Positions 36,900 through 49,870 of a DNA stretch of 64,000 nucleotides are shown piece by piece. Numbering within the stretch: position 1 is the first letter of the stretch; the number at the start of each line of letters is the position of its first letter. Source of the stretch: Albugo candida (lineage: Eukaryota); assembly GCA_040437565.1 (NCBI GenBank), contig JBDOQK010000034.1, positions 1 through 64,000 on the forward strand, read 5' to 3'. The notes under the pieces are model-generated. The model was given only the letters and a program-made list of their open reading frames with translations, searched no databases and was not told where the DNA came from. Position numbers and translations under genes: made by a program.

Positions 36900-38800
36900 C
36901 GCACTGCAGGTCTCGTTTCCAGTCGCATGTGCAATTATACGAGCTGTACATTTTCGATAAGATGGTTTCATTGTTCATAATTGACTTTTTTTCGTAATAC
37001 AGCTGATGATAATACAAAACTCTTATTCGTGCATCTATACAGACGTATTCTTTCAGCCGAATTTGTGTGATAATGGGCTTCACATCACTAGTGTGATACT
37101 TCCGTTTGAATTACTTCTGTGCTACAATCACCAAGACTGTTCTGTTTGCGCCTAATGCGTTTTTTGGCAATACCAAACAAGGAATGTACATCTCGTACTA
37201 GTGTCTGCCGAAGATTGCGATTATATGGAATCTGCGGTCCGGCTTTCATCTTGTCGTCGCAATTCGGACAAATTGGGAAATCCATCTTATATTTTACCAT
37301 CCACAAGTAACGATTAGTCGCAGAGATAAAACAACGTTTCTCTTTCGCATAACACAACGAAAGCAATGTATCAATTCATTCTCATCATTCGTGTCAACGC
37401 TCGTCCATTTGTACAAAGTCACTTTTGCTTCAGCAGGCTCAATATCGCTATGGTCACTGAGCAAACGACTCGCCAATTCTTCCTGCGGACGCAAATTCAA
37501 ATCGAAATTGAACTTAAAGCGGCTTGATTCGTAATGGCATATTGCATCGGGTATAAGGTCCGCTTCTGTGCACTGAGTATTACGAAAAAATGGGAATTTC
37601 AGTTTGATTCGACGACTTTTGCCTTCTGATAATGACATCAAGAACGAGATGGACGTGAAAGACTGCATGGCATTTGGATCCATCTTTTCGAGTGTTGTTC
37701 AGGAAACACTCACCATGAAGATTCGATACGCGATTTTCGCGATGCGTAGCACTTTTACCTTCCATTATTGCAGCAATGTCATGGGTAGGTGTCAAACGAT
37801 CCACATGAACGGCATCCAACATGCAGTCGTCATGGGAATGAAGTTTACCACATCGGAGTTTACAATGGAGCTCTATCTCGGAGAAATACTTGGTGAACAG
37901 ATCAGCACGAAATCTTCCCTTCCCAGGCTTCGGAAATGGCACACTTTTATTAAATACAATCACTCCGTCATACTGTTTCTGCGAGCAACTCCAGCAATTA
38001 GAATTTTGACTACGTGCGGTGTCAGTCGAAATGCAGTACGACTGGAGTAGAATAGCATGAAGGCTACGCTTTGATCTTTCTTTCTCATCGGAACTGGATA
38101 AGGTTGGGGGCCAAATTTCAAAATCGTTATCAATTTAATCCACTCGAGGAAGCCTGCCAGCGCTTTCTTGCTGAATTTTTTTCGGTGATATTTTGTGTCT
38201 GAAATTATGTAAAGATCAGCTGATAATACAATCGTTTCTCCTCTGCACATTTGGAATCCGTGGCACGACTCAATAAACTTCTTGTCACTCGATGTGTATA
38301 TCACATACATCTGACCCGGTCTCGCATGCAAAATCATAGCGTACTTTCCATGCTGCCAGTATTGCTTTTCAGTTTGAAATAAGTTTCACATAAGGAGAAG
38401 TGAAAATGGTTTGGTATAAGGCACAGCGGTTTTGCCGGAGAACCGGATGGGTCTGATGATAAGATCTCCTCGATGATAAGCGCAAATCTTCATTACTCCT
38501 TCTCATTGTTTTGGAAATCGACTGACTCAGGCTGGAAGTCTCGACATTGATACGAAGTAGAGCATTCAATGCGATTAGTTTCGATATAATCGATCAATCC
38601 CACGACGAAGTAGCTTGTGGTTTCATCGCTACCCCCTCGTATTCTTCGACGTGAAGTGCACCCGTGTTTTCCGATAAGCATTGCTGACAGTCTTTATACT
38701 TGATTGTTTTCGCCGTGATGATCATCGAGACCAATCGAGCAGGATAAACTCGAGAAAAGCGATAGAGTACGGCTATGCGGATGGAACAAGTGGATTTCAT
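36900..38800 (-). pseudogene. Albugo-type CCG (CHxC-like) secreted effector pseudogene
   Basis: ATG at 38800, preceded by Inr-like GCTCATTATTAATTCTGC. CQQCLSENTG (CxxCxxxxxG) at 38689-38660, residue 38. Frameshifted continuation ...IECSTSYQCRDF. Later Cys-rich fragments HCFRC and CPNCDDK. Confidence 0.65.
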
Positions 38801-39037
38801 GCTGCAGAATTAATAATGAGCAAGATGACGCTATGTATCAGCATTTTGTGTCTGTGAACGCATAACCTCGTATAGCTTTTAACGCATTATGAGAAGATTA
38901 TATGAATGTATTGCATTCATCACTCCAAAAAAAAAAANNNNNNNNNNNNNNNNNNNNNNNNNNNNNNNNNNNNNNNNNNNNNNNNNNNNNNNNNNNNNNN
39001 NNNNNNNNNNNNNNNNNNNNNNNNNNNNNNNNNNNNN

Positions 39038-41358
39038 AGAAATCAAAGACAAATAAAGCAACACTCCAATAGTAATGATTTACTTGTATAAACGACGTTT
39101 TTGCCTTCAGCTTACAATTACTCTTAATCGTATGATACTAAGTAGACATCAATTCCTTATGAAGATTACTAGAATTGGCTACACCGAATTAACGAAGTAA
39201 AGCAAATAGAATAATGGTGAATTAGATCACGGCATGATGGGAGAATACACGTTCACCTGTGTGTCCGTGCAACAAAATGCACGGATACGATACTCGTATT
39301 TGATGTCTACCACGATTGCACGCACTGCAGGTCTCGTTTCCAGTCGCATGTGCAATTATACGAGCTGTACATTTTCGATAAGATGGTTTCATTGTTCATA
39401 ATTGACTTTTTTTCGTAATACAGCTGATGATAATACAAAACTCTTATTCGTGCATCTATACAGACGTATTCTTTCAGCCGAATTTGTGTGATAATGGGCT
39501 TCACATCACTAGTGTGATACTTCCGTTTGAATTACTTCTGTGCTACAATCACCAAGACTGTTCTGTTTGCGCCTAATGCGTTTTTTGGCAATACCAAACA
39601 AGGAATGTACATCTCGTACTAGTGTCTGCCGAAGATTGCGATTATATGGAATCTGCGGTCCGGCTTTCATCTTGTCGTCGCAATTCGGACAAATTGGGAA
39701 ATCCATCTTATATTTTACCATCCACAAGTAACGATTAGTCGCAGAGATAAAACAACGTTTCTCTTTCGCATAACACAACGAAAGCAATGTATCAATTCAT
39801 TCTCATCATTCGTGTCAACGCTCGTCCATTTGTACAAAGTCACTTTTGCTTCAGCAGGCTCAATATCGCTATGGTCACTGAGCAAACGACTCGCCAATTC
39901 TTCCTGCGGACGCAAATTCAAATCGAAATTGAACTTAAAGCGGCTTGATTCGTAATGGCATATTGCATCGGGTATAAGGTCCGCTTCTGTGCACTGAGTA
40001 TTACGAAAAAATGGGAATTTCAGTTTGATTCGACGACTTTTGCCTTCTGATAATGACATCAAGAACGAGATGGACGTGAAAGACTGCATGGCATTTGGAT
40101 CCATCTTTTCGAGTGTTGTTCAGGAAACACTCACCATGAAGATTCGATACGCGATTTTCGCGATGCGTAGCACTTTTACCTTCCATTATTGCAGCAATGT
40201 CATGGGTAGGTGTCAAACGATCCACATGAACGGCATCCAACATGCAGTCGTCATGGGAATGAAGTTTACCACATCGGAGTTTACAATGGAGCTCTATCTC
40301 GGAGAAATACTTGGTGAACAGATCAGCACGAAATCTTCCCTTCCCAGGCTTCGGAAATGGCACACTTTTATTAAATACAATCACTCCGTCATACTGTTTC
40401 TGCGAGCAACTCCAGCAATTAGAATTTTGACTACGTGCGGTGTCAGTCGAAATGCAGTACGACTGGAGTAGAATAGCATGAAGGCTACGCTTTGATCTTT
40501 CTTTCTCATCGGAACTGGATAAGGTTGGGGGCCAAATTTCAAAATCGTTATCAATTTAATCCACTCGAGGAAGCCTGCCAGCGCTTTCTTGCTGAATTTT
40601 TTTCGGTGATATTTTGTGTCTGAAATTATGTAAAGATCAGCTGATAATACAATCGTTTCTCCTCTGCACATTTGGAATCCGTGGCACGACTCAATAAACT
40701 TCTTGTCACTCGATGTGTATATCACATACATCTGACCCGGTCTCGCATGCAAAATCATAGCGTACTTTCCATGCTGCCAGTATTGCTTTTCAGTTTGAAA
40801 TAAGTTTCACATAAGGAGAAGTGAAAATGGTTTGGTATAAGGCACAGCGGTTTTGCCGGAGAACCGGATGGGTCTGATGATAAGATCTCCTCGATGATAA
40901 GCGCAAATCTTCATTACTCCTTCTCATTGTTTTGGAAATCGACTGACTCAGGCTGGAAGTCTCGACATTGATACGAAGTAGAGCATTCAATGCGATTAGT
41001 TTCGATATAATCGATCAATCCCACGACGAAGTAGCTTGTGGTTTCATCGCTACCCCCTCGTATTCTTCGACGTGAAGTGCACCCGTGTTTTCCGATAAGC
41101 ATTGCTGACAGTCTTTATACTTGATTGTTTTCGCCGTGATGATCATCGAGACCAATCGAGCAGGATAAACTCGAGAAAAGCGATAGAGTACGGCTATGCG
41201 GATGGAACAAGTGGATTTCATGCTGCAGAATTAATAATGAGCAAGATGACGCTATGTATCAGCATTTTGTGTCTGTGAACGCATAACCTCGTATAGCTTT
41301 TAACGCATTATGAGAAGATTATATGAATGTATTGCATTCATCACTCCAAAAAAAAAAA
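39038..41358. repeat. Copy of 36617-38937 across an N gap (second CCG pseudogene copy; likely assembly overlap)
   Basis: The ORF track repeats identically at offset 2421. The boundaries coincide with the gap edges. Confidence 0.85.
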
Positions 41359-41499
41359 GAAAAAGAAGCTGATCACTTGGGGGGGGGGGTCATCACCAGT
41401 TATACTTGTGTATTTAGGCTTCGAATATCGCAACAACATGATTCAATCGAACGACGACACGATTCGATTATTTGCTTTTTTTCTTAATGTGGAACGCAA

Positions 41500-42802
41500 T
41501 GTGTAGGTATCCACGGCCCATATGCTGTGTGTGGTCACTTTTTAGGTTACAAATCATTAATCAACGCGCCAGTATTTTGTCTATTACCAAAACGAGTGGG
41601 AAAGCTGCGATTTACAGTTACAATCTGTCGAGGTCTTACAGTGCTTTGCGATGCACACCACTTGTATTCTGCCATAAATATGCATTCCGGTTGTTGCTAT
41701 TCTTCAGCAAGGTCGAAAATCGCTATTGGGCAGAGCTCAGTTTCACCACTGCGTCCCTCGTCCTCTTAAAAGTAGGTCTGAGTCATGGTCAAGGTGCTAT
41801 GTTGGCGCATCGTAGCACTTTTTGCATAACTTCAAACGTTGGTGTGGATTCTGTCTTCCTTATCCATTTGTGCATCAATAACTTAACTAACGAAGTCCAA
41901 TCGCTTGACTACATTGATACAATCACGGCTGATCACTACAATTCTAGGATTCCAACATGTATATGAATGATTTCTCTGCAACCGTAAGTCCAGCATACGT
42001 TGATGACGCTGGTGTAACACCTTGTGAGAAACAGAAGTATAGACAAGGGGTTGTAATCTAGTCACATCGCCGGTTTCAATCCAAAATTCACAAGTCATCC
42101 CAGCGATTTTTACCTTCCTGTCTTTCAATACGAAAGTGATTTCTTTGATTGCAGCATGGAGACGTCGGAAGACAATTCCTCTCGGATTTATAAGCTACTC
42201 AGTCTTGAATACACTCAAGCCCGAGCCAATCAGGCAAATAGGAGATATTGTTATACGCAAATGCAAATCACTTATGTAAAAAAGGTCATCTCGACATTGC
42301 AGACGCTCTAATCACCAGATCGGAAATAGTACATAAGGAATAGAATAAGGCACGACCCGAAAGGATTGATGTCATTGGAACTATAGATATGTAGGTTGGC
42401 ATAGAAATCATCATATCTTATACACGACTTCATTCACCTTTCGTGTCTTTGTCGACCCATCATGCGGCATCAGCAAGAATTCAACAATATTGAATCTCAT
42501 CCGTGGTTTTGCGGCGATGAAACAATGTGTGGCTGCGAGCTGACGGGATCTGCAAAAGGTGCTGCATTAGATCCAAACACATCCTTACAATGTCCTTCGA
42601 TGATATGAGTCGAACATCCATTCTATCACTACGTCGATCGGAGTGCAATGAAGGAGGGCTCAGTCTAGCAGCCACAAAGTTCTGAATCTTTTGTGATTAT
42701 ATTCCTTCCTTAAAATCTCTTCAATTAAAAGATAACTTGCACGCCGTTCGGAGCTCCAGAAATACCAAAACACCAGCCATTAGCTAGTAGCACGGCTGAC
42801 GT
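41500..42802 (-). pseudogene. Probable second, more decayed CCG-like effector relic
   Basis: Signal-like AGVLVFLEL. IQNFVAARLS has CCG spacing (TTT from TGT, AGC from GGC). A frameshifted CSTFCR parallels CSTSYQCR of the 38800 gene. Confidence 0.35.
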
Positions 42803-45800
42803 TCCTCTTTAGACTATGAACGGCAAACGCGAGCCGGCTGTGGGAATAATTTCTTATTGTCAGGATGCGCACCATGTGCACCAAGTGTGACTTCTCGTTA
42901 TCAAATTTTAACTACAAGTAGGTTATCGACTCGTTTATACTGACGGTCCACTAGCGGCGTCTTTCGTGATTTCAAGCCAAGGATATCCCGGGATATAAAT
43001 ACTCGTTGATTGAGATACTTCATGTGGCTGATATTCAGCGGCATCTTCGCGATCCTCTCCCTTTTCCTGTACTCATATTAGACAGTAGGCAAGCTTACTA
43101 CTCCCTTCGCTCCGATACCTTCTTAACTTGCGTTCCACTCATTATATTGTCAACGGCTTTCTCACTGCTGCCACCGTACTAGCTATGCTAGTCCAGTATA
43201 CTCATCAAAGCGTGAAGCTGTCTCGACCGGAAGTCGTGCTGTCCTGTCACTTTGTTTTTTCGCCACCCATTTTTAACGCTCCAAGCAGCCCCAGTGATTT
43301 GCCACTGATGAGCGTATTTATACCATTCTTATATACCATCATCGAGTTCATCGCAGGCAGATCGCCATGCAATAACTACGCGCCACCCAATCTTGCAGAG
43401 ATGCAGATGGCATTCCCACCTCGCATGCGAAGTTTTCCGGCTACTTCCTGTTCTTATCCTTATCTAGACCCCTTCCCCTGTTCAGACTTAATTGTTGCAT
43501 GTACTCCACTGAAAGATTCATTGTATTTTAGCCTTCACTGAAAACAAGCTTCTCGGAACTTTTTTCACATACAGATTAGCTTCGTAGAGATCGACGAGTG
43601 TTGCCAACTGTGCAAATATGTAAGATTTTTGCGTTCGATTGTATGCACCATTCACTTTCCAGCGTCAACGACATTTTAGCTTCGTATCATTTACCCTCTC
43701 GACCACGAATAGACATGGCACCCATCAATAGTGAGAGTTTGTAGTATATGCTTAGAAACAAGCTCCCATCTAGCAAACGACACTACATAGACTGATACTA
43801 CCTCATCAAGCTCATGTCCTTTTATATTAGTCTTGGTATATACGCAAACTTATCCATCTGGTAACCTGATCCAGTGCTTTATTATAACACCATGTTTCGA
43901 TACTTCCGTACCATCACCTTGTCGATCATTCATCTGTCGTGTCGTGAATTCCAGCGCGATGCATTATCTGTGATATGATGCAGTCGCCGACAGTCTGGTT
44001 GAATCTACTGACAGGCGTACTGGTCTTTAAATTTTGATACTACTGATGTGCTGGAATGCCACTCAACGAATGCGCTGAAAATGATTGTTAGTTTCTAGAG
44101 GTACGGGGACTTTATACCACATTTTTCAAAAAATATGGCTTATATACCATAAGCTTGAAAAATATGGTTTTTATACCAGAACAAATATTACACNNNNNNN
44201 NNNNNNNNNNNNNNNNNNNNNNNNNNNNNNNNNNNNNNNNNNNNNNNNNNNNNNNNNNNNNNNNNNNNNNNNNNNNNNNNNNNNNNNNNNNNNATGCTTC
44301 TTTGACACCGTGAGTGGGTGGTGCTTTCTAAACGCGTCAGTTCATCCATCGTCACGCATAGACTCATCTTTACCATGGGTTCGTAAGCGCGCTGGTACAC
44401 CTCCTTTGTCCACGACGTGTCGCAGAAAGTCTTGAGTAGCGAGAGCTTGTTGACGGATCGCAGGGCCGCAAAGAGATGAGATCATGGCCCTTTCATGTCG
44501 CCAAAGTAGCCACAAAAACACGGATTCTCTGGATTATCTAGATCGACAGAATACTCTACAGGGAGCTCTCCATCCTGTCTGCAAATACAGATACAAAGCG
44601 CTTGCGCTCGAATTCCTTCGACGCGTAAGCTCTAAGTTACCCCCACGAAGCCGACTTGGCGACGAATTCAACCTACTTGATCCCTATGTACTTTTCCACC
44701 GCCATGATACAGTCCAGAAGTGGCTTCTCTCTAGCTTCAAGCAGGACTTTATTAACAGACTCCACATTGTTGCTAGTCATGGTCCAAAAAGCGTGGACGT
44801 ATACTATACGCGGCAACCCATTTGAGCTTGTTTGCATCGAGTAGCCATGGGGCAGCGCCTTTGAATTGTTTTTCTTCAACTCAGTGGCTCGCCGTTTGAA
44901 CGACGCAACCGTCAAGGACCTGGAGAGATTCCATGTCTGGTCCTTCAGTGTCGCACTGCAAAATTAGGCGCTTAAATTGGCGAGAATGTGACGAAGACAA
45001 ACAAAGTAAGGGATGTCACCTGCTTGAACTTGCATCGCCGGAGAGAGACTCTTTTCACGGTTGGAGATGAATAATGTGACGAATGCTGGCGCTTCTATAG
45101 AGCGTAGAAGAAAGTTCAGGAACCATGACCAATTGTCCTTCATTCGCCTGACACCCAAGCGACCGCGACAATTTGGCTCTCATTGTTGCTGTTTTACAGC
45201 AAGTGAAAAGAAGAACTCCATCATATTTGTGCTTCATAAATGAGTCATCCAGATTGACTGAAAATTCGCGAAGCACATGAATGCCGGACTTGTATACGAC
45301 GACGAACCTAAAAAGTTTGTCCTCACGCAACGCGATATCTGCCTTGTGTCCGCGCTTGCTCATTTCGTGTACGTATGACCAGATGAACTGATTTTGCGTG
45401 CGATCTTCATCGACGAGTTGCGCTTTGAGTTGAATGCAGGCGTCGCGCAAGTCTGGTACGTTAATCGACGCCCATCAGCCGTAAGCTTCTTCTGCTTCTT
45501 AGCTGGACTGGCGTCACGACTATTATCAACGACGAACTGAAGGGCCGAATCAGGCAAAGTGAAGTATGAAGACTTATTTCTACGACTCGATTCGTATGAA
45601 GCCAAGTCAGCCCTCGTAGCGTCGTATGTGTGCGGCACGAACGTATGAGGCGGCACAAATCCCCTACCATACGCAAAAGCGACTGCGAAGCTGCAATTTG
45701 GATCGACACACAACACCTTGTAGCGTCTGTGGTCGCTCGATATGACACAAAACGCTTGTCGAACTTCTTCGTTGTATTCAATAATCGAACATGATATGTG

Positions 45801-46002
45801 GTCGCGATTGGCGCAGTCGCGTGAGTGAAAATATGCACGCCCGTCTACCCAGTCCTCTGGCGAACACCCGTCACCTGACTCTTGTGTATCACCAACGTAT
45901 CCGTCGTTGTTGGTATTCGTCATAGTCGCCAAATGTGAATATTTTAACGATATGGCACTCAAGAAGGTGTAAACTTCAGAGTTTTTGGTATATTTTTCAT
46001 AA

Positions 46003-48477
46003 GGGATCCGCTAAGGACCCATCACCCCCATATTTCCAGCCAATTACAGACCTCCAGTGGCTTTCCAGGGGAGTCGCGATACAGTATTTTTTAATACAGA
46101 ATACAAAATAACTCAACTTTGCCAAGTTCATAGTTGCCATCTTCTTGCCATCTTCTTTCCAAATTCCGATCTCCACTCATGTCAGTCTTTGTCAGCCTTT
46201 TCATATAAACGATGAACCCCCTTGACCTTGAATCTCTTCCTGACCATGTATTTGGTACCTTGAAGGAAGCCCGTGATGCGGTTGACAAGTTGTTCCAAGA
46301 TGAAGGGTATATAATGACCATCTTGCACACCAGACACGCTGGAAACAAACCCTCTGGAGAGGTCAAAGTACTTGACCTAGCATGCTCTTGCAATGGAAGA
46401 TTACGGACCACTTGTTTACAACAACAACAGCGTCAACGCATACGAGGAAGTCGCGCTACCGATTGCAAGTTTAGCTTGTTGATTCGTCGGTGTGTATAAC
46501 TTGAATGGCTGGTAGAGCTTGGCATGCATGACCACGGCCATTAAGTTTTTGTGGACCCTAAGGTCCATCCACAAGGTAGCGCACTCACAAATGAACAGCG
46601 CTCTGTGGTTCTTGATATTATCCTTGATGGTCTCCCACCTGTCAGAATTGTGGCAAGCATGAGAAGCCAGAATGTCTCGGTCACACACTCCGTGACATCT
46701 ACAACATCAAGCAAGCCGAACGACGGCGTGTTTTGGGTGGACGCTCATCACTTGCTGCCCAACTTGGCAGCCTGGAAGGGAATGCCTCCACTCCATACTT
46801 CACCCGGTTTGATGATGAGCGCAAGCTTACTCATCTGCTTATTGTTTCTGCATCTGCAAAAAAAATCTGTAGCAAATACAGCGCCAACAAGATCTGGCTC
46901 ATTGGCTCAACGTATAAGACCAGTCGCTTTGGTCTACCGCTTGCACATGTTGTTGGACTTACCGCTACTGGCCAAAGCTTCATATTTGCATACCGCTTCA
47001 TGTCAGCAGAAGGCGAGGACAACAACCTTTGGGCCGTGCGCCTCATCCGTGAGCTTTTCAACAGGTTCTCTCTACCAGCATCTACTACGTTTGTCACTTA
47101 TCGCAAGCTGGCGCTGATGAATGCACTGGATAGAGTCTTACCAGATGCAACGTTTTTGCTGTGTCGCTGGCACATCAGCAAGTATTTTCTGAGCAAGGAG
47201 CGAAAAACCTTTGCATCAATGGAAGCTTTCCAGAAGCTTTATCAAGCATGGAATCTACTTGTCTCGTCAAAAGCTGCAGAGAACTACGAGACCCAGCTGG
47301 CATCAATGCGCACCGAATTCTTCCATCATGTCATGACATATCTTGAAGAGACATTGCTCATCTACAAGGACCGATTTGTGGATTACCTCAAACGTGGTAA
47401 TCTGTGTTTTGGGAATGCCACAACTTCACGAGTAGAGGGTGCACATGAAACATTGAAAAATTGGATTCGGGCATCCAATGGGGATCTTCTGACAGTGGAG
47501 ACAGCATGCAAGCTTGCCTGTGAGGGTCAGCTGGCATCAATTCGTCAGCAAACAGCATTGGATCGGGCTACCGCTGATTTACAATTTGGGGAAACTTTTG
47601 CTGCTGTCATGGGCAAGATTTCTGTGACCGCATCAAAGCTGGCTTTCAAACAATACCAACAGCGACAAGTAGCAGGCGAATGCTCAGGTAGATTTCAATC
47701 AACCCATGGCATTCCCTGCAAGCATCTCCTCCGCAATTCATCTCCGCTGGCTTGCGAGGATTTCCACCAGCATTGGTGGTTGGTAAAGCCAGCTTGTGTG
47801 GTTACGCTACTGGAAGCAAACAACAATGAATCCATTGACGCAGATCTGCAGAGAATTCGTAATGAATTTAATAGAGCATCACAGTTCCATCGCCAGATGA
47901 TTCGTGAACACCTTGCAACCCTACCTGATGCCACAGTACTCAAACCTGTTGTAATCCGAGCTCGTGGCCGACCTGCTCGTTCGCTAAACAGGAGGATCCC
48001 TACACCATCCACGCAGACGGACCCCTCACAGTTTGAGCATGTTGAAGCATCTTTACAGCGACAACGAAGATACGGAAACTTTCGCCAGATTGGCCACAAT
48101 CAAAGAATTTGCCAGAATCCAAAAGTTGCACCAGCATCGGCAGCAGCACTACCAGCAGCTGGCAATCTTGCAGCGCTTGGCGCTGCTGACGAGCGGGAGT
48201 TCCCAGGCTGGCCCACAGATGCCTGGGATCACATCTGAGTCCATAGAATTATATCGCTTTTGAAATCTACTATATATCTATCTAAAATAGGTTTAATTTC
48301 ATCAATCCACGTTGCTTTGCAACGTGAACAATAACACCAATTTTAAAAGATGAATTATTCTGTATGAAAAAGTACTGTATCGCGACTCCCCTGGAAAGCC
48401 ACTGGAGGTCTGTTATTGGCTGGAAATATGGGGGTGATGGGTCGTTAGCGAAAAGTAATGGGTCGTTAGCGGATCCC
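46003..48477 (+). mobile_element. Inner Mutator/MULE element with near-intact transposase (46212-48238, stops and a frameshift in the N-terminus)
   Basis: Motifs STYKTSRFGLPL, LCRWHISK, FGNATTSRVEGAH, GIPCKH and RGRP. About 90-110 bp TIRs GGGATCCGCTAA.../...TTAGCGGATCCC. Exact 9-bp TSD TTTTCATAA (45994-46002, 48478-48486). Confidence 0.95.
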
Positions 48478-48489
48478 TTTTCATAAATA

Positions 48490-49313
48490 GGAAACTGCTA
48501 TCCGGACAACCCCTGGATTATAGCCAATCAAGAGCCTGGAAAAGCCTCCCCTAAATGACTTGTTAGCAGTTAGTCTCCCACTACATCGATCAATGTACAT
48601 AATGAGACTCCTGAATATAATAATTACAAACGACTAAAGATTGGACCGAAGGCTGGTAGGAACGCTTCGATGACATCAATTTGGATAGATATAGAAAAGA
48701 ATAGGTAGCAAATACACTGGTCCAAAAAGATATTTATCATCTTTCAGAGTCATTGCTTGAAACGTTTTTTGTTGAGGTCATTATCTAAATATCGAATATC
48801 ATCTAGCTGATTTGCAAATTTGCGACAGATTTCATCGGAAGTACTAAATACAAGCCTTTCGGGAACATTGGAGCCAAAATAATAGTGTCTCTCATCGATA
48901 GTGTGAGTGCCGGTAAAGATTACGGAGTAGAATCGTATTATACGCACAGATCATATCTTGCTTCAAATGAAGCTAGGACTAGGGCTGATGTGAATGGTAA
49001 CGATGATCACTCATCCTGCTGGTTTCTATCCTTAGAATTTACTTATTTGATTAAAGTTACGCTTTTCTGCGAATGTCACCCAAAAAACGTTTGACAGAGT
49101 TTTTTACGGTGTAGTCCACCTCTTTTCACCAGGGTTATCCATCCATTCAGGTTGCACGTATATCAATGAGAATTAACACATTGAATCGTGATGAGATATC
49201 GGCTATTTTTGCGTATGAAGAGTTTCGCGACGCGATGAAGATTTTCCAGGGTTTTGATTGGCTATAAACCAGGGGGGCCGGTTAGCAAAGGGGGTGTCGG
49301 GATAGCAGCTCCC
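48490..49313 (-). mobile_element. Non-autonomous, internally deleted Mutator-like element (about 820 bp)
   Basis: Inverted termini GGAAACTGCTATCCGGACA...TATAGCCAATCAAGAGCCTGGAAA versus the reverse complement GGGAGCTGCTATCCCGACA...TATAGCCAATCAAAACCCTGGAAA. Internal KPAG*V relic resembles KPSGEV of the inner MULE. TSD degenerate. Confidence 0.7.
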
Positions 49314-49689
49314 TTTAAATATGGTACATAAACTATAGTTTTCAAACTTTAGGTATATAAATCATATCCATGGGTTCCCTAGTTTTTATCTAATCTTCTA
49401 ATGTCTCTTACTGAATTCCATGCATATGTAGTTGTTCTTAGTAGTTTTTAGCTCTATTAGGAGCAGTCATTTTGATCGAATGGAATGTTGAGAGCATGAC
49501 AAAGGGGATCTAATACACTGGGGCTTGCGCAATATGCTCCTACTTTTAGACTGCGTCATTATGTTTTCAGATACAAAGTTATTTGTCCTTGATGGTCGAT
49601 ACAACCGCTGACTGATATATGAATGATGCTTTGAGAGGGATAAATGCAAAACACAACAGCTTGCGAGATTTTTATCTGCTTTTGTCGTA

Positions 49690-49870
49690 TTCGACAATCA
49701 AGATTCACAAACCGAGTACCTGCCGGAATTTGCGATTATATGGAGTCTGGGACTCATGTTATCTTGTCGTTGCATGGTGGACAATCTGGAAATCCATCTC
49801 ATATTCTACCATTCACACGTAATCATTTGTCGCCAATCTAACAACAACGTTTATTTTATGCGATATACTA
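49690..49870 (-). pseudogene. Paralogous fragment of the CCG-like gene C-terminal region
   Basis: Clear DNA similarity to 37190-37350. Translates to NVVVRLATNDYV*MVEYEMDF/PDCPPCNDK versus NVVLS/ATNRYLWMVKYKMDFPICPNCDDK. Confidence 0.75.

Larger units (their letters stand above)
44098..49379 (-). mobile_element. Outer Mutator/MULE element (degenerate transposase about 44300-45962)
   Basis: Motifs RYKVLCVDPNCSF, LDDSFMKHKYDGVLL, DNWSWFL, ISNREK, CLRHILANL and TSNNVESVN. TIR cores 44133-44178 and 49322-49367 match 37/46. Nine-bp TSD TAGTTTCTA (44089-97) / TAGTTTTTA (49380-88). Confidence 0.85.

Noticed and set aside
20015-42802. Recurrent ATG-to-ACG change at three presumed relic starts (20017, 36677, 42802) as a targeted mechanism or RNA editing
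   Set aside because: The starts are inferred, transitions are common, and the loci carry many other lesions.
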